A stretch of 64,000 nt of DNA from assembly GCF_009914755.1 (NCBI RefSeq), contig NC_060944.1. The stretch is one strand, 5' to 3'. The position numbers were made by a program, and so were the translations under genes. The notes under the pieces are model-generated. The model had not been told where the DNA came from and did no database searches. It saw only the letters and a list, made by a program, of their open reading frames with translations. Positions 1-14,437 of the stretch are shown one piece after another. Source of the DNA: the human T2T-CHM13v2.0 reference genome, Homo sapiens. Numbering within the stretch: the stretch's first letter is position 1; each line of letters begins with the position of its first letter.

Positions 1-158
1 GGCAGGACTTGCTTCAGGAATAAAGGCTCTTGTTCAAGTGTGCTCTCATGGTGACTGGCCAAGGAGAAGCACCCCTCTGTGCAGAAGTAAAATTGCTTTG
101 CTAAGAATCCTTGTTTGAGTGTTCAATTTCCTTAGGATTTTGAGCATTATTCCCAACA
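1..158 (+). mobile_element. ERV LTR 3' end (truncated by window edge)
   Basis: AGTAAA signal, U5-like tract, terminates ...ttcccaaca. Confidence 0.5.
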
Positions 159-3100
159 TCCAAGATGCAAGACAAAGTCCTCCTCATTCTTCCCTCTCCT
201 CTCCTCAAGTGGAGGGAAGAGGCCTCTTTCGTGAGCTGTGCAGCCTGGGGTTAGGGGAAGGGTGATGCCAGCACCTTCTTAGCTGCCCTGGCTTGTGTCT
301 CAGTAGGTTGCATGTTCCCTCAGTCCACTGTCTCTGGGCCCAGTTCAGCACTAGAACTTGCCTAGGAGTTGTAGCTCTTGGAGCCTAGACTGCCTTTCAA
401 GTTTATTTAGAGCCCCAGAGTACTTTAGCCCACAGTGGTAAGGCTTGCAGGAACTGAAGTTCAGACCACTGAGATTGGATTAGCAATTCCCCTCTGGCTA
501 AGGCTGTTTAAATGCTCCCTCTTTGGGTGGGTAACAGCTGAGTTTGGTCCCATTTTGTTTTCTTTTATAATAGGGCAGCACTGAGTTCAATGCTTCACAA
601 CTGCTGTGATCTCCCTTTCCCCAGTGCACAGAAATGCTCTCCACACCATGCTGCCACTGCCAGGGGTTAGGAGAGGGGTGGTGTTGGCTATTCAAGACTT
701 TTTTTCTACCTCTTCGGTGCCTCTTTCAGTGATATGAAGTAAAACCAGGTATTGTAACTGCTCATTTGATTTTTAGTTCTTATGAAGGCTCTTTTATTTG
801 TGTGTACACAGTTGTTAAATTAGTGTCCTTCCTGGGGGAGATGATTGCTGGAGGCTTCTATTCCATCATCTTGCTCTGTTGTTTTTATGTTTTCTCATTT
901 ATCTCTTTTAACTGAGGTATTTATTTGCCTTTAAAGTAATTACTGACATGGAAGGACTTACTATTTTCGTTTTGTTACTTGTCTATATATATGGATAATA
1001 CATTCAATATATTTTAATATGTCTTGTCCAGTGGTTTTTGCTCCTTTTCTCCTTTGCTGCCTTCTTGTATGTTTTGTACTGACATATTTTGATTCTCTTT
1101 TCAATTCTGTTTGTGTATACAGACAGTACCTGAATGTAAGCCCAGCATAAGATAAAAAGTTCCTATGATTTACAATGGGGTTATGGTTTCTACTAAATGT
1201 GTATTATTTTGCATAATTGTAGAGTTGAAAATTTGTAAGTTGAACATAAGTCAGGGACAGTATGCTGTGTTGCCAGCATCAAATGCAATTTTGACTTACA
1301 ATATTTTTGACTTCTGATGGGTTTATTCTTATGTTATCCCATCATAAGTTGAAGAGCATTGGTATTCTATTCATATTTTATTTGTCATCACCATTGCAAC
1401 TACACAAAGAGACTTAAAGTTATAGCAAGATATTTTAAACCGATAACAACTTAACTTAAATTGCATATAAAAACTCTACTTCTTTACTTCTCTGCCCTCT
1501 TTATGTTACTGTAACAAAACAAATTACCTCTTTTTATATTGTGTATTCATCAACATAGATTTTTAGTTACTTCCCATGCTTTCGCTTTTAAAATTCTATA
1601 CCAAATTCAAAAGTGATTTATACAGCTATGTTACAATACTTCCAGATTTTATATTTGTCTCTATGTTTATGTTTACCTGGTAGATTTATACTTTTGTATG
1701 GCTTTGTGTTGCCATTCATCATCTTTTCATTTCAACTTGAAGGATTCCTTTCAGCACTTCTTTCAGGGCAGGTCTAATGGTGATGAATTCCCTCAGTTTT
1801 GTTTATCCAGGAAAGTCTTCATTTCCCCTTCATTTTGAAGGCAGTTTAGTACTATATAGTATTCTTTGTTGGCAGTTATTTTTTCTCTCATCACATCCCA
1901 CTCCTTCTAGCCTACAAGGGTTCTGTTGAGACTTTAGCTGATGATTTAATAGGAGCTCCTTTGTATGTGACAAGTTGCTTTTCTCTTGCTGCTTTCAAGA
2001 TTCACTCTTTGTCATTTTTTTTTTAAAACAAAGTTTCCCTCTGTCACCCAGGCTGGAGTGCAGTGGCGTGATCACATCTTGCTGTAGCCACAAATTCCTG
2101 GGCTCAAGTGATCCTCCCACTTCAGCCTCTTTTCTATTTTTGACAGTTTAATTGTGTCTTAGTGTAAATGCTGTTAGATTCGTCCTGGTTGGAGCTTGTT
2201 GAGCTTTTTGAATTTGTATGTCTACTTTTTCCCTCAGATTAGAAAAATTTCCAGCCATCATTTTTTTTAAAAGTCTCTGTGGTGCCTTCTCTTTTTCTTG
2301 TCTGTCTTAGATTCTCATAGTGTGTAGGTTGTTCCATAATGTTACACATAGTGTCCCATAAGTTTCTTATGCTCCTTTTACTTTTCTTAGTTCTTTTTTT
2401 CTCCTTTGCTTCAGTAATTTCAAAACTCCTGTCTTTGAATTTGCTGATTCTTTCTTCTCTTGGTAACATCTGTTCCTAAGCCCCTCTAGTGGATTTTTAA
2501 ATTTAGTTATTGTATTCTGCAGTTCCAGAATTTCTGTGTGGTTCTTCTTCATAGCTTCTATCTCTTTTTTGATATTTTCTTTTTGTTCATCCATTGTTTT
2601 CCTGATTTCATTTAGTTGTCTGTCTGTACTCTCTTTTAATTCATTGAAAATTCTTATGATTATTATTTTGCATTTTTTTGGTCAGATAATTCGTGTATTT
2701 TTTTGGGGTCAGTTTCTAGAGATGTAATGTGTTTCTTTGAATAGGCCATGTTTTCCTGTCCCTTTATATGTCTTCTTATCTTCTCTTGGTACTTTGGCAT
2801 TTGAAAACTCAGCTACCCCGTGCAGTCTTTGTGGTCTGGTTTTCTACAGGGAGGACTTTCTCCAATCAGCCTGGCTAGAGAATCTGGAGACCTGTCAACC
2901 CTTCTCTGGGAATGCACCCTTTTGGGACTTAGTGTGTAATCACGTAACGGAAGAGGTCTTTCTATTGAAGCGCTCCCTCTAGTGTCTGCCTATGATGCTG
3001 CGGTCTGGCTGGTGCTGCAGTAAGCCACGGTACTGAAGTTCCACCTAGTTTCTGTCTGTGATACTGCAGACTGATGCTAGAACAAACTAATAGCTCCACC

Positions 3101-3420
3101 TATTATTTATCTGTGATACTGCATATTTTGGTGCTAGACCAAGTCATGTTGATCATCTTCGTTTTCAGTGGCCTCAAACCTGGTCCTCATTCCCGTCAGC
3201 ATTTAAATTCAGGCAAGATGGAAACTAGTCCTTTGGCAGCACCCCAAAAAGTCAAAATATTGGATCAATGTTCCACTCCTTTCCCCTCCCAAAGAGAAGT
3301 CAGGAGTTGGGGTTTCTTCCCAGTTTGCATGATTATTAATGCTACTGAGCACCTTATAATATTTAACAAAGTTTTTTTTTTTTCCCAATAAAATAGTGCA
3401 CTTTCTCAGGGCCATGCTGG
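159..3420 (-). mobile_element. Nested old L1 5' regions (5'UTR and ORF1 remnants)
   Basis: L1 5'UTR-like sequence ending near 875; ORF1 coiled-coil remnants KKEIEAMKKNHTEILELQNTI (2367-2594); FLAM/Alu fragment at ~2015-2130. Confidence 0.7.
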
Positions 3421-3969
3421 GTACTTTCATTAAATTAATACTTCATTTTTTACTTCACTACTCAACGTAGCTGAGCAGTTTCCAGTGTACAACACAGTGA
3501 CACAGGTTTCCCTTGTCCAGGACTTAGAAATTGGAGCTAGATCCCTCCGTCTTGCTCCTTGGATCTATCTTCCACCCCAGGTCCTATGTAGCCCGGCTCC
3601 ACTTGGAGTGGGATTTCTTTCAATCACCCTGGTTGTATACCCTGGTCAAGGTCAGCCTTAGTCTTAGGTCTTTTATCAGTAAGGAAGCAAGTCCTCTTCT
3701 GTCCGATTTTCTACGTGATGTAATTGATCTGAGCTGTGCTGTTTCGTGAGCATTTATCTGGTAGTCTCCCAACATCCCGGGAAGCAACACCTCCCTAAAG
3801 CAGCCTGAACACCTGGATTCCGACTATTTTTTGTGTCTGTTAAATATTTTTAGGCTTCCTTTTGACATGCCTATGTATGCAGCGCTTTTGTTCTCACCAA
3901 ATATTCAGGCATCATTATTTCGGCAGCAGAATGTCTAGCTAGGAAGGACCTAAACGCCTTCCCCACACC

Positions 3970-4026
<57 letters not shown>
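3970..4026 (+). repeat. Compound (TG)n(AG)n microsatellite
   Basis: Direct inspection. Confidence 0.95.
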
Positions 4027-4029
<3 letters not shown>

Positions 4030-5239
4030 CGTGTGTTATGGCGAGTGTGTGTTATAGAGAGGGAAAGAGAGATAAATGTGTTATAGCTGCAGTGGAGCAG
4101 AAAGACCTCTGCTTCTGGTCAGGGGGATCTGGGTTTAAATCCTGCCCTTGGCCTGATGAGGTGGCAAGAATATGGGCAAGTCATAAATCACCCCAGCCTT
4201 AGTCCTTAGTTTCCCCTTTCCTCTGCTCCAGAGGTGGCAGTGAGAGAAAAGAAGAATGGAAGAGCAAGGTGGAAAATAGCCAAGAAGCCCACCATCACTC
4301 ATATTGAATGAGAGATTGCAATTTTTATTACCTGAATAATAGGTACCATTACTGCCTCTTAGGAGGAATAATTTGGCAGATTTGAAAGGGCAGTGGTGAA
4401 GAAGAATGAAGCAGCTTTCTGCTTCAACCCTACTGAGTCCAGCTTGTTCAATAAACTGGGTACAGGGACAGGAACACAAAGGGAGACTGTTCAACAAGTT
4501 TGGGTAAACTTGACTTGGAAAGAAATTGGGGAAGGTTGTTGTTATTTTGTATGGGCTTTTCCTTTCTCGCTCGTCTTGGTCTGCCATGTTAGTAGCCTTT
4601 GGGTTCAGCCTCCCAGCACCTTGTTCTGTGTGCTTTATCCTATACACAGGAGCATCCCACAAGTAGGGTTGGCAGTAAAGTTGGCCAGGGGCCACCGATG
4701 TGGGTGGACTGGATGTGGCCAGTCATGGTGCCTGGGGCCTCAGGCTCTGTTAACTGGATTTATCCTAAGAAGGGAGGGGCAGGGCAGGAGAGTGCTTGGA
4801 GCCAGAGAGAAGATAGAGAATTTCAACCCTGTTACTCAGAAGAGGTGAAGCAAAGGGCAGCTCTTTCTTCACTTTCCCTCCCTGGAACCTGGTAATGACA
4901 CATGACAATGCTCCACATCAGAGAATGCATCTTTCAGGAGCCAGGGAAATGGTAGACATTGATCAGCCCTGGGTTTGAGGCCAGAACAAGCACACAAACT
5001 CCTTCTTACTATCCAGTATTCATTGCTACCTTCCCAAAGAGTGATTTTCATAAATATTGTGATAACTTCTAGCCACAGATCATGGGACAAGCTATTAGAG
5101 CTGGCAGGACTAAGGAATGTTCTCTGCAGCCCTAGACCTAGGGGCTCTCTCTTCTTTCTCCCCCTCTGTCTCCTGCTGTCTATTCATCCTTCTCTTCATT
5201 TCTGCTCTCACCCCAATATGAGAGATTGTAGGGTGTAGT

Positions 5240-6310
5240 CACTGATTCATTCAACAAATATTAGCATGCGCTATGTACCAGAACTATTCTTGGTGCTTAG
5301 GATACATCAGTGAATAAGGCAGACAAAACTCACTGTCCTTATTAACTGAAGTACACATCCCAATTGGGGAGGCAGGCAATACACAATAATAAATAAAGTA
5401 AATAAGTAAATGATATAGTATCTTAGAAAGTGATAAGGCCTGTGGAAAGAAATATAGACCAGGGAAAGGGGGTTGGGGTAAGCAGGTGGTGAGGGGCTGT
5501 GAGGGCCAAGGTAAGAACTTTGGCTTTACTTGCAGTGAGATGAGCAGCTGTAGCAAGTTTTGGGAAGAGGTGGGACATGATCTGGCCTTTGTTTGAAAGG
5601 ATTCCTATGCTGGCTATAGGGAGACCAGTGAGGGGCTAATGGCAGCAATCCAGGAACGAGAGGATGAAGGGTGAAATCTGGCAATGGGGATAGTGAGAAA
5701 TAGTCAGATTCTGAATATATTTTAAAGCTAATGTAATTTCCTGACATAAAGGGAGCGGGATAAGAGAGGAGAGGAATCAAGCATACCTCCTAGGTTTTTG
5801 GCTCATCAGCTGGAGAGATGGAGTTCTTATCAGCCGAAATGGGGGAGTCTGTGGGTGGAGCAGAGTTTTGGGGGATAAGCAGAAGGCCAGATTTTGGGAT
5901 GTAAGCTTTGAGATATTATTGGGCAGACAAATGGAGCTGTTGAGTAGACAGATGGACATGAAATTCATGGGGGAAGTCCCAGCTGGAGAAATAAATTTGA
6001 GTCCTTGAGCTATATTTCAATGATATATAAGGCCATTGGACTGGACAAAAGTATCAGAAGAGAGTATGTGGTAGTTAGGAACAAGGGAGTTTGAACCAGA
6101 CTGCCTGGGTTCAAACTCCAGCCAGGCACTTAGGAGCTGTGCAACCTTGGACAAGTCAATAAAATTTTGTGTCTCATTTTTTCTCATTTGCAAAATTAAG
6201 GTAAGTATAGGTTATACCTCATCTGGTTGTTATGAGAGTAACGCAGTTTATAACACGGAAAGTACTCAGAACAGTCTGGCACACAGCACGCTTTCAGTGT
6301 ATGTCAGCTA
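5240..6310. mobile_element. L2 remnant followed by MIR
   Basis: ttcattcaacaaatatt L2 3' motif; ctgggttcaaactcc...ttggacaagtca...tgcaaaatt MIR core at ~6070-6310. Confidence 0.7.
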
Positions 6311-6482
6311 CCTATCTGTTTTGCAGCAGATATGAATTGCTCCATAATACCTGAATATTACTTAATTACAGTTTTTTTGGAAACAATCTTCATCTGGTAG
6401 AAAAGTTACAAGTGTGGGATAAAGAGCCTCTTTTCAGAAACATCTGTGAATAAATTGCTGGCATATTGCCTTATCGTCCCTG

Positions 6483-6874
6483 GTTATGGCTTGGATGTTG
6501 GTATCTCCCCAAATCCACATGTTAGCACCTAATAGCCAATGTGATGGTAGTAAGAGGTAGGGCCTTTGGGGAGTGATTAAGTCATGAGGAATCCACCCTC
6601 ATGAATGGGATTAGTACCCTTAGAAAAGAGGCTCAAGAGAGCTCCTCAGCCATCTTTTGTCATGTGAGTACACAGCGTTTATCCCCTCTGCCATGTGAGG
6701 ACAGGGAGCAAGGTGACATCTTGGAAGTGAGGGCAAACCCTCACCAGATGGTGAACCTGCTGGTGCCTTGACCCTGGACTTCCTAGCCTCCAGAAATGTG
6801 AGAAATGAGCTTTTGTTGTTTATAAATTACCCAGCTAATGGCATTTTGTTATAGCAGCCCAAACGGACTAAGAC
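6483..6874 (+). mobile_element. MaLR solo LTR (MST/MLT1A-like)
   Basis: Starts gttatggcttggatgtt, ends ttatagcagcccaaacggactaagaca. Confidence 0.8.
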
Positions 6875-9440
6875 ACCCCTGAATATCTCAGTGCGTATTT
6901 CCTACAAATAAGAACATTTTCCTGCATGACCACCAGACCATCAAAATCAGGAAATTAACATAGGCACATTATTACCATCTTATCTTTAGATTCCCTACAA
7001 GTTTTGCCAATTGTTTCAATAACATGTTTTTATAGAGAAAGGATCCAGTTACATTTAGTTGCCATACCTCTCTAGTTTTCCTTAATATAGAAAAAAAATC
7101 TCCTTTCCTTTACTTTATGACCCTGACACTTTTTAAAAGTATAGGCCAGTTATTGTGTAGAATGCCCCTAATTTTGTATTTTTCTAACACTTCCTCATGA
7201 TGAGAGTCAGGTTTTGGCACCTTTGGCAGGAATATCTGGAAGTGATGCTGTGTTCTCATTGCTTCCAATCAGAAGGCACACAATCGGTCCCATTACTAGT
7301 CATGTTCACTTTGATTACTTTGTGATGTCTTCCAGGCATTTCCACTGTATTCTTTTTTCCTTTGTAATAAGCATGTAATGTTAAGATTTTTTTTTCTTAA
7401 TCCTATGAAATCCAGTTTGAGCATGTGCCTCTACCATGGTTGGAGAGAAAGTGAATAGCAGCTATTTTCCATAGCTCCCCACTCCACTCTTGGATTGGAT
7501 CAGGGCACCGGGGCTGTTGCCTTCCAAGACAAAGGAGATGAATTCTGGTTCTCAGTCTTTATGGGTCACTATGGCCATTGCTCTTTGTCCAGGCCTAACT
7601 GGACAAAGTCCCATTTGAAGTTGGCCGGTTCTACTACCTGCTGCAGTCTCTCTATGACAAGCTCTTCCTTGGGGATATTTGATGAAGCTCCCAAAGTTCT
7701 GGTTCTTGAAGCCAAAATCTTCTCTGGCATGAATTCAGCACCTCACAGGCCTGGAAATGTCTAGGGCTTTGCATCCTAGGAGGGTGCAGTTTTCCATAGC
7801 TCACTGAATTCACCATCCATTTTGGAAGATACCCTTGTTTGGGCCTCTGCACAGCCAAATGTCCCTCCTGCCTTGCTAACAGAATAGCCATTCCACCCAG
7901 CAACAGTTTCAGGGAAACCTAGGCCCTTCCCCAGCCCCAGGAGATGAATCATCATTGGTCCAAGGCAGTTATGGCAGCCAGTCCCCTGAGGCTGGGACAC
8001 ATGTTGAGATGTGAAGGGGAGTTGTCTGGAGGCTTCTGGGGAAAAAATTCAAGTAGCTCACTGTCTCTGTGCACAGAGAATGAATATGGTAAAACAGACA
8101 AACACACAAATAAACAAACAAAAAACACTTGTATATGGATGAGTCCAATATCACCTTTATTAAAGCATCACAGAAACTACAGGTTGTGGATTTTGAGCTT
8201 TAGTTTCTGAGAACAAGGTAAATAAATAATAAATAAGTCTGAACTTTCCTTCTATCTGACTTTTTTGCTTTTTCTTGCCAAGCCTGAGATCACTTACATC
8301 AGGGACTCTGGAAAAAAAATGAGGGTTCCGAATGGTTTTCATGAAACTCATTCTTTTCTCTCTTCCCACCTTTTACTAATGGAAGAGTATTAGAAATTTA
8401 TAGGGATAAGGCACACAGGGAATTGGTGTGTTTTGCGTGGTTAATGCAGACATCTTTTTTTTTCTTTTCTAGCTTTGCTGAGGTATAACTCACGCATAAA
8501 AAATGTATAGTTTGAAGATTCGAGTATGTTCACAGGGTTAAGATTCACTCGACTTTAGCGTGTAGAGGATTCTGACGCATCGTTATAAAACATGCCTGCT
8601 GGTGTCACTGCAGAGCTCTGGCAGTGCTGTTTTCACCAATGCCTTTCCTTCAGTATTGTATGTTTGACAGTGGCCAAATTAGGCAGCAGAAAAATGTGAT
8701 GCATCTGCCTCATGGGAGGCTGTCACCGCAGAAACAGAGAGCAAATGCACCTTTAAGTTGCAAAAGCTGAGATCCAGATGGAAGATGCAAACGTTTGGAA
8801 AAATATGGGCTCTGCAGAGCCAGCCCCTTCCTCACCACTTACCCCTGACCCAACCTCCATCTTGATTACCTGAGGGGGCATTGCCCAGTTTGTGGGAGAG
8901 GGGAGGAGTGCTTGAGAGAACCAACATTGATGGGCCCCTGACAAGAGTACTACAACCTGCTCCCGCAAACCCCAGGTCAAATTTGGAGGAGCTGGGGAGT
9001 TAGGAGGACTTGTGTCTTCCTTCCTGGTGACATGGTTCCTGGAGTTCCAGCTCCCAGCCTGGCCTGGCAGCAGAAGAGCAGAATGGGATCTATGCTCAAC
9101 TTAGGGGGAGAGGACCTGAGACCATCCTGCAGAATCTTCTGGGGGTGCCAGAGTAGTCACATTTTCCAGTGTGCTTAAGAAGATTATGGGTGGAGCTGAA
9201 ATCCAATGGTGTGGAGAAGCTCTGGGATCAGAAAGAAGTTATTGCTAGAAGCCCCTGTGTGGATCTACTGCCAGGAGCTTCACAGGGGGCAGACATCTTA
9301 GCAGATACCTGCATGGACTGATGTCACCAAGGCACCTTAGACACCACTGGGGATGCGGAGGCTGGGGGACCCCGTTTTGATGGAGGAGATCCTAAATTGA
9401 CCACGATTAAGCTCATGGGTAGGGTGTTTAAAATATAAAT

Positions 9441-9513
9441 TATGTAACAAACCTGCACGTTGTGCACATGTACCCTAAAACTTAAAGCATAATAATAATA
9501 AAATTTAAAAAAA
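9441..9513 (+). mobile_element. Very short L1PA 3' fragment
   Basis: tatgtaacaaacctgcacgttgtgcacatgtaccctaaaacttaaag plus A-rich tail. Confidence 0.85.
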
Positions 9514-11602
9514 AGATTATGGAGAAGTTTTAAAAAGTAATACTTTTGCACACCTGGAATTGTGGCTTGAGAGTTGTGTTGTTTTATTTTGATCATATCA
9601 CCTAATACCTTTAGGACACAATTTCCACATTTGTGAACTAGGACTGGGGAGAAGAGATTGTACAAAGTGGTACCAAAAGCTTTACCAGCTCAGATTGGCT
9701 ATGATGCTAAAGGTGCAGTGGGTCTTAGATGTCTCATTGCTCACCTTGAATGCTTTCTGTCTCTGTTACTCTCTTTGCAGGACCTTCTCCCAGTTTCCAT
9801 TGAGGTTACTGAAGATTACCAAGACAGACCAGGGTGACAGGGAACAAGGGGGCATTTCCAGCCCCTGCAGATATCAGATCCTTTTCACCACTAGTTCAGA
9901 CCATATTTTATTATTTTTAAAGTGATTTGTTGAAGAAATATGCCAACAACTCTCAGTAGATATGAAAATAGAAAGGAAAAATATATCTATAATCATGCCG
10001 TCTTGACAAATGAAAGCATTCTGTCTTTCTGCTTTCTCTTCCAGTCCATGCCTGCATAAGTATTAATACTTGTTTTGCACCAGAGCGTGGAGACTGCATT
10101 GTATCAAAGGGCTTTTGGGAGACCAGAAGGATGGAAAAGGAAAATCTGGATATTTTAGCTCTGCTGATTGGCTGCCCTGGCAACAGACCAAATGACTCCA
10201 AAAATAACTCTCCAGCTCTGACCCGTCTCCTGAACTTCAGATGCATCTGTCCGTGTGCCTACTTAACAGCTCCACTTTGATGACGAACCAACATTATATT
10301 TAACATGTTTAAAATGGAACTGTTAATTCAGTTCCATTCCACCACCAAACCCATCCCTCCACCTGTCTTCCTCATCTCATCCATTGCTCAACCTTGTCAT
10401 GAAGTCATCTCCAATCCTCCCTCTCCATTGCCTTTCACATTCAGTCCCCAAGCAAGTCCTGTCACTTCCAATTTTAGGCTCACCTCCCGTTAGTCAATTT
10501 CTCTCCATCTCTGCTGGCACCACCTAGCTTAGATTACCCATTGACTCTGGGTTTACTGCAATAACCTCACATCTGAATTTTCTGATTATTTGCTTTCCCC
10601 TTGTCTACTTGCTCCACGGAAGTCATTGTGATTTCTTAAAATGTAAATCTTGTATTTGCTTGGTGTAATTTGCAATCTGGGCAGTGAGACATCTGAGAGT
10701 CTCTACCTCTGCAATGTCGTCCCATTGTTTAAATAAATCCCAAAGTCTCCACTGTGACCAGTATCCCTGTGTAATCTGTCTCCTGCCCATACCTCCGGCA
10801 TTGTCCCATGTCCCATTGCTCACACTCTCCAGCCCCACTGGTTCCCTACCATTTCCTGAACCTTCCATGCTCCTTCATACCTTAAAGTTTGGCATAATAG
10901 GTTCCCTCCAACAAGAAGGTATTTCCCAGGCTCTTTGAAACTTCCAGATGTCAGCCCAAATGTTCCCGTTTCAGAAAGGCTACTAGCTTACCATTCTGTC
11001 TAGCTAGCAGCACTTCATTATTAACTCTGTGAAGATCTCTATCCTAGCAATCCCCATTATTTGTGCACTGTTTTTATTTTCTTCAGAGCACTCATCACAT
11101 TTGAAATTCTTTCTTCCTTCCTCCCTCCCTCCCTCCCCTGTATCACTCCCACCTTTCTTTCCTTTCTATCTGTCCTCATCAGACTGTACCCTCACCACAA
11201 GGGTGAGGACCACTTTTACCAATGCTTACTAATGTTTGCTCAGTGCCCACACAGTGCTTGAAATATAGTGTGCGCTCAGGAATATGTGTGGAATAAACAA
11301 AGGCATAGCCTTCTTTGAAATGAACAAATGTTCATCTGGAAACTCTGGACTGGGCTTCCTTAGGATATGGGTGGTTTCCTTAAAAGGATAGGCAATCTTT
11401 ATGTTCAAGTTGTGACTTTTCTGGCAGCTTCATTTTTCCTCTGGCTTCAAGGTATGCAACACCTGGGATATCCTCTATGTCCTTCTTGATGTATGATTTG
11501 GGGACATCCTCTATGTCCTTTTTGAAGTATGATTGGGGGAATGAGGAACTAGCTAAAGTTTTTGAGAAAATGTTACATGTATATATCACACACACACACA
11601 CG

Positions 11603-11898
11603 TTTTTGAGACAGGGTCTTGCTCTGTCCCTCAGGCTGGAGTGCAATGGCGCCATCACAGCTCACTGTAGACTCTTCCTCTTGGGCTCAAGTGATTCTCA
11701 CATTTCAGCCTCCTGAGTACTTAACAGGTATGTGTTATCACACTCAGCTAATTAAAAAAAATTTTTTTTTGTAGAGACCAAGTCTCATTACGTTGCCAAG
11801 GCAATATATGCCCAGGTCTTGAATTCTTGTTCTCAAGTGGTCTTCCTGCCTTGCACCCCCAAAGTATTAGGGTAACATGTGTGAGTCACTGGAACCCC
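11603..11898 (-). mobile_element. Old Alu (AluJ-like), preceded by (CA)n
   Basis: ttttgagacagggtcttgctctgt... dimeric Alu, diverged. Confidence 0.85.
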
Positions 11899-12095
11899 AA
11901 GAAAATGTTTTAAGAGGCCATTTTGATGTAAAGGATGGATGCGAGGCTCCAGAGCAAGACCTGGAAGGAGGCTGTTGGAGTGACCTAGGTAAGTATTGAC
12001 AAGGGTCTGGGTGACCATGCAGATGAACAGGAGAGGACAGGATTAATGAGACTTGGAAACTTAGGGCACCTAGGGCACAAAATGTAGAGACAAGA

Positions 12096-12472
12096 TGTAT
12101 TAGTCCATTCTTATGCTGCTAATAAAGACAACCCAAGACTGTAATTTATAAGGAAAGAGGTTTAATTGACTTACAGTTCAGCATGGCTGGGAAGGCCTCA
12201 GGAAACTTACAGTCAAGGCAGAAGAGAAAGCAAACATGTCCTTCTTCACATGACAGCAGCAAGGAGAAGTGCAGAGTGAAGGTGGGGGAAACCCCTTATA
12301 AAATCATCAGGTCTCGTGAGAACTCACTCACTATCATGAAAATAGCATGAAGGTAACTACCACCATGATTCAATTCAATCACTTCCCACCAGGTCCCTCC
12401 CATGATACATGGGGATTATGGCAACTACAATTCAAGATGAGATTTGGGTGGGGATACAGCCAAACCATATCA
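12096..12472 (-). mobile_element. THE1 solo LTR
   Basis: tgtattagtcc...cagccaaaccatatca; 5-bp TSD CAAGA/CAAGG. Confidence 0.9.
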
Positions 12473-13539
12473 CAAGGTGTTATACATGCTGACACTGCGC
12501 TTGCTCAGGCCTCAGAATGAGTGTCTTACTTTTTGTTTCCTAGGAACTTTGCCTCATCCTAGTCCTGGCTCTGCTTCAAGGGGGAGGTAAATTATAATTC
12601 TTGTTTCATGATACCCTCATCATTGAAGAAGGCCAAGACATCCTCAAGGTCCTCAACATTGGAGCCCAGGAATGGGAATATTGAAGCTGAAGCACCTCTA
12701 TTGTGAGTAGAAAATTTTGAAAAGGAGATGCATATCTGAGGGAGAATATCTCTGTTTCTGTGACTATAAAGGTTCAAAGTCACAGTAAAACTACATAATA
12801 AAAATAGAGCAGGATGTTTATCTCCTCTGGGCATACTTACCCTTTTACAAAAAGCCTTTTCTGTAAAAGGCTTTTCTGGACTACGTCATCTTCCGAAGTC
12901 TTCACAGGGCCATTTTGGTGCTTATAATGAACCCTCGATCTACTCCAGGGACACATTTCAAACCTGGGAAAGGGCACACATGTGTTCTTCCCTTTCCCTC
13001 ACCACCCATAGGCATCAGGTTGGCTTTACTGTAGAACCGTTGGCCTGACAGGCCAGGAAGCAATAGATTGAGGATGGGTGAAGATCACCCATCTGTGTCT
13101 AGAATGCTGGGCAATGTGGCTCCTTGGAAAGCAGTGACAAGAGTTGGGTTTGAATCTGGATTTCTTGGTTCTACCACTTGTTATCTAAGTGACATTGGGC
13201 AGGTCCCCTCATCTGCAAAATGGAGCATGGTGCCCACCTTGTAAGACTGGTATGAGGATGAAATGAGATAAAACCACACATGAAGTCCCAGGCCCATGGT
13301 GGCACCCAGTAACTGTTTTTCTTCCTTATATGGAACTGTAGAATGTCACAATAGGAAGGGAACTTGGGGTTCTCTAGATAATGTCCCTCCATTTATTTTT
13401 TTCCTTTGAATCTTAAGTACACAGAATTGTACCTATCATAATTCATGTTGCATGATACTATAATTATTGACAATGCATGACCCTTTTTATTAATTTGTTT
13501 ACCTACCCCTTCATCTATATAGCTGCCCTTTGGTCATTT

Positions 13540-13615
13540 GTTCACCCATCTGTCTACCCATCCATCCATCCGTCCATCTGTCCATCCATTCATCCATCCA
13601 TCCATCTATCTTCCC
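13540..13615 (+). repeat. (TCCA)n simple repeat
   Basis: Direct inspection. Confidence 0.85.
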
Positions 13616-14437
13616 TCACTCCCTCTCTCCCTTCCAATCAACCATGCATCTATCTATTTACCTGCATACCTATATCAATTTTATATTGTTAATCTGTCCA
13701 TTTAAAAAAAATCTTAATATAAACATTTGTGAAGCCACCATCCATCATGAAAGCTAGAACCTTCACGATAATTTCCACCTACCTTTATGTACCCCAAATT
13801 CTCATCCTTCTGCCCTCCTACATCCAAGGTCACTGCTATTTTTAATCTTGTGTTCATTGTTCCTTTTAAAAAATGGGTTTCATTGTATTTCTATGTATTC
13901 CTAAAAACTAATGTTAGCTGTTTTCAGCTTTATTAAAAGACCATCATTTTTCATGAAATCTCTGGGACTTACTTACCCCCATCAATATTGTATTACTAAA
14001 ATTTATCCATGTTACTGTGTGCGGCTGTAGTTAATTAATTTTGCTTTCTATAGAATATCCCATTCTGTGAGTGTACTAAGTTTATCACACATTGTACTGC
14101 AGATGGGCATTTGGATTGTTCTCAGGTTTTGCTAATTTTAAACAATGTCTCCATGTACATATTTGTACATATCTCCTGGTGCACATGTGCAAGTTTCTTT
14201 TGGGTGTAACCTGAGAGTGGAAGTGCCAGGTTATAGGGTATGTGAGTGTTTAACACAACAAAATTTTCCAATCTGTTTCCCAAAACAGCTGTGTCCATTT
14301 ATGTGCCCACTAGCAATGCAAAAAAGATCCAGTGGCTTCTTTACTTTTGCTATTTGAACAGGGACAAAATGACATCTCAGTGTGGTTTTGCCGTGGCTTT
14401 TCCTGATTACTAATGAGGTTGGCCATTTCTTCATATG

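Noticed and set aside
4135-4895. Overlapping 98-186 aa ORFs
   Set aside because: No recognisable domain or splice framework; partly MIR-derived; consistent with chance
11465-11540. Two tandem ~33-nt units (KKDIEDVP/KKDIEDIP in the ORF track)
   Set aside because: Simple local duplication, two copies, no spacers or coding context
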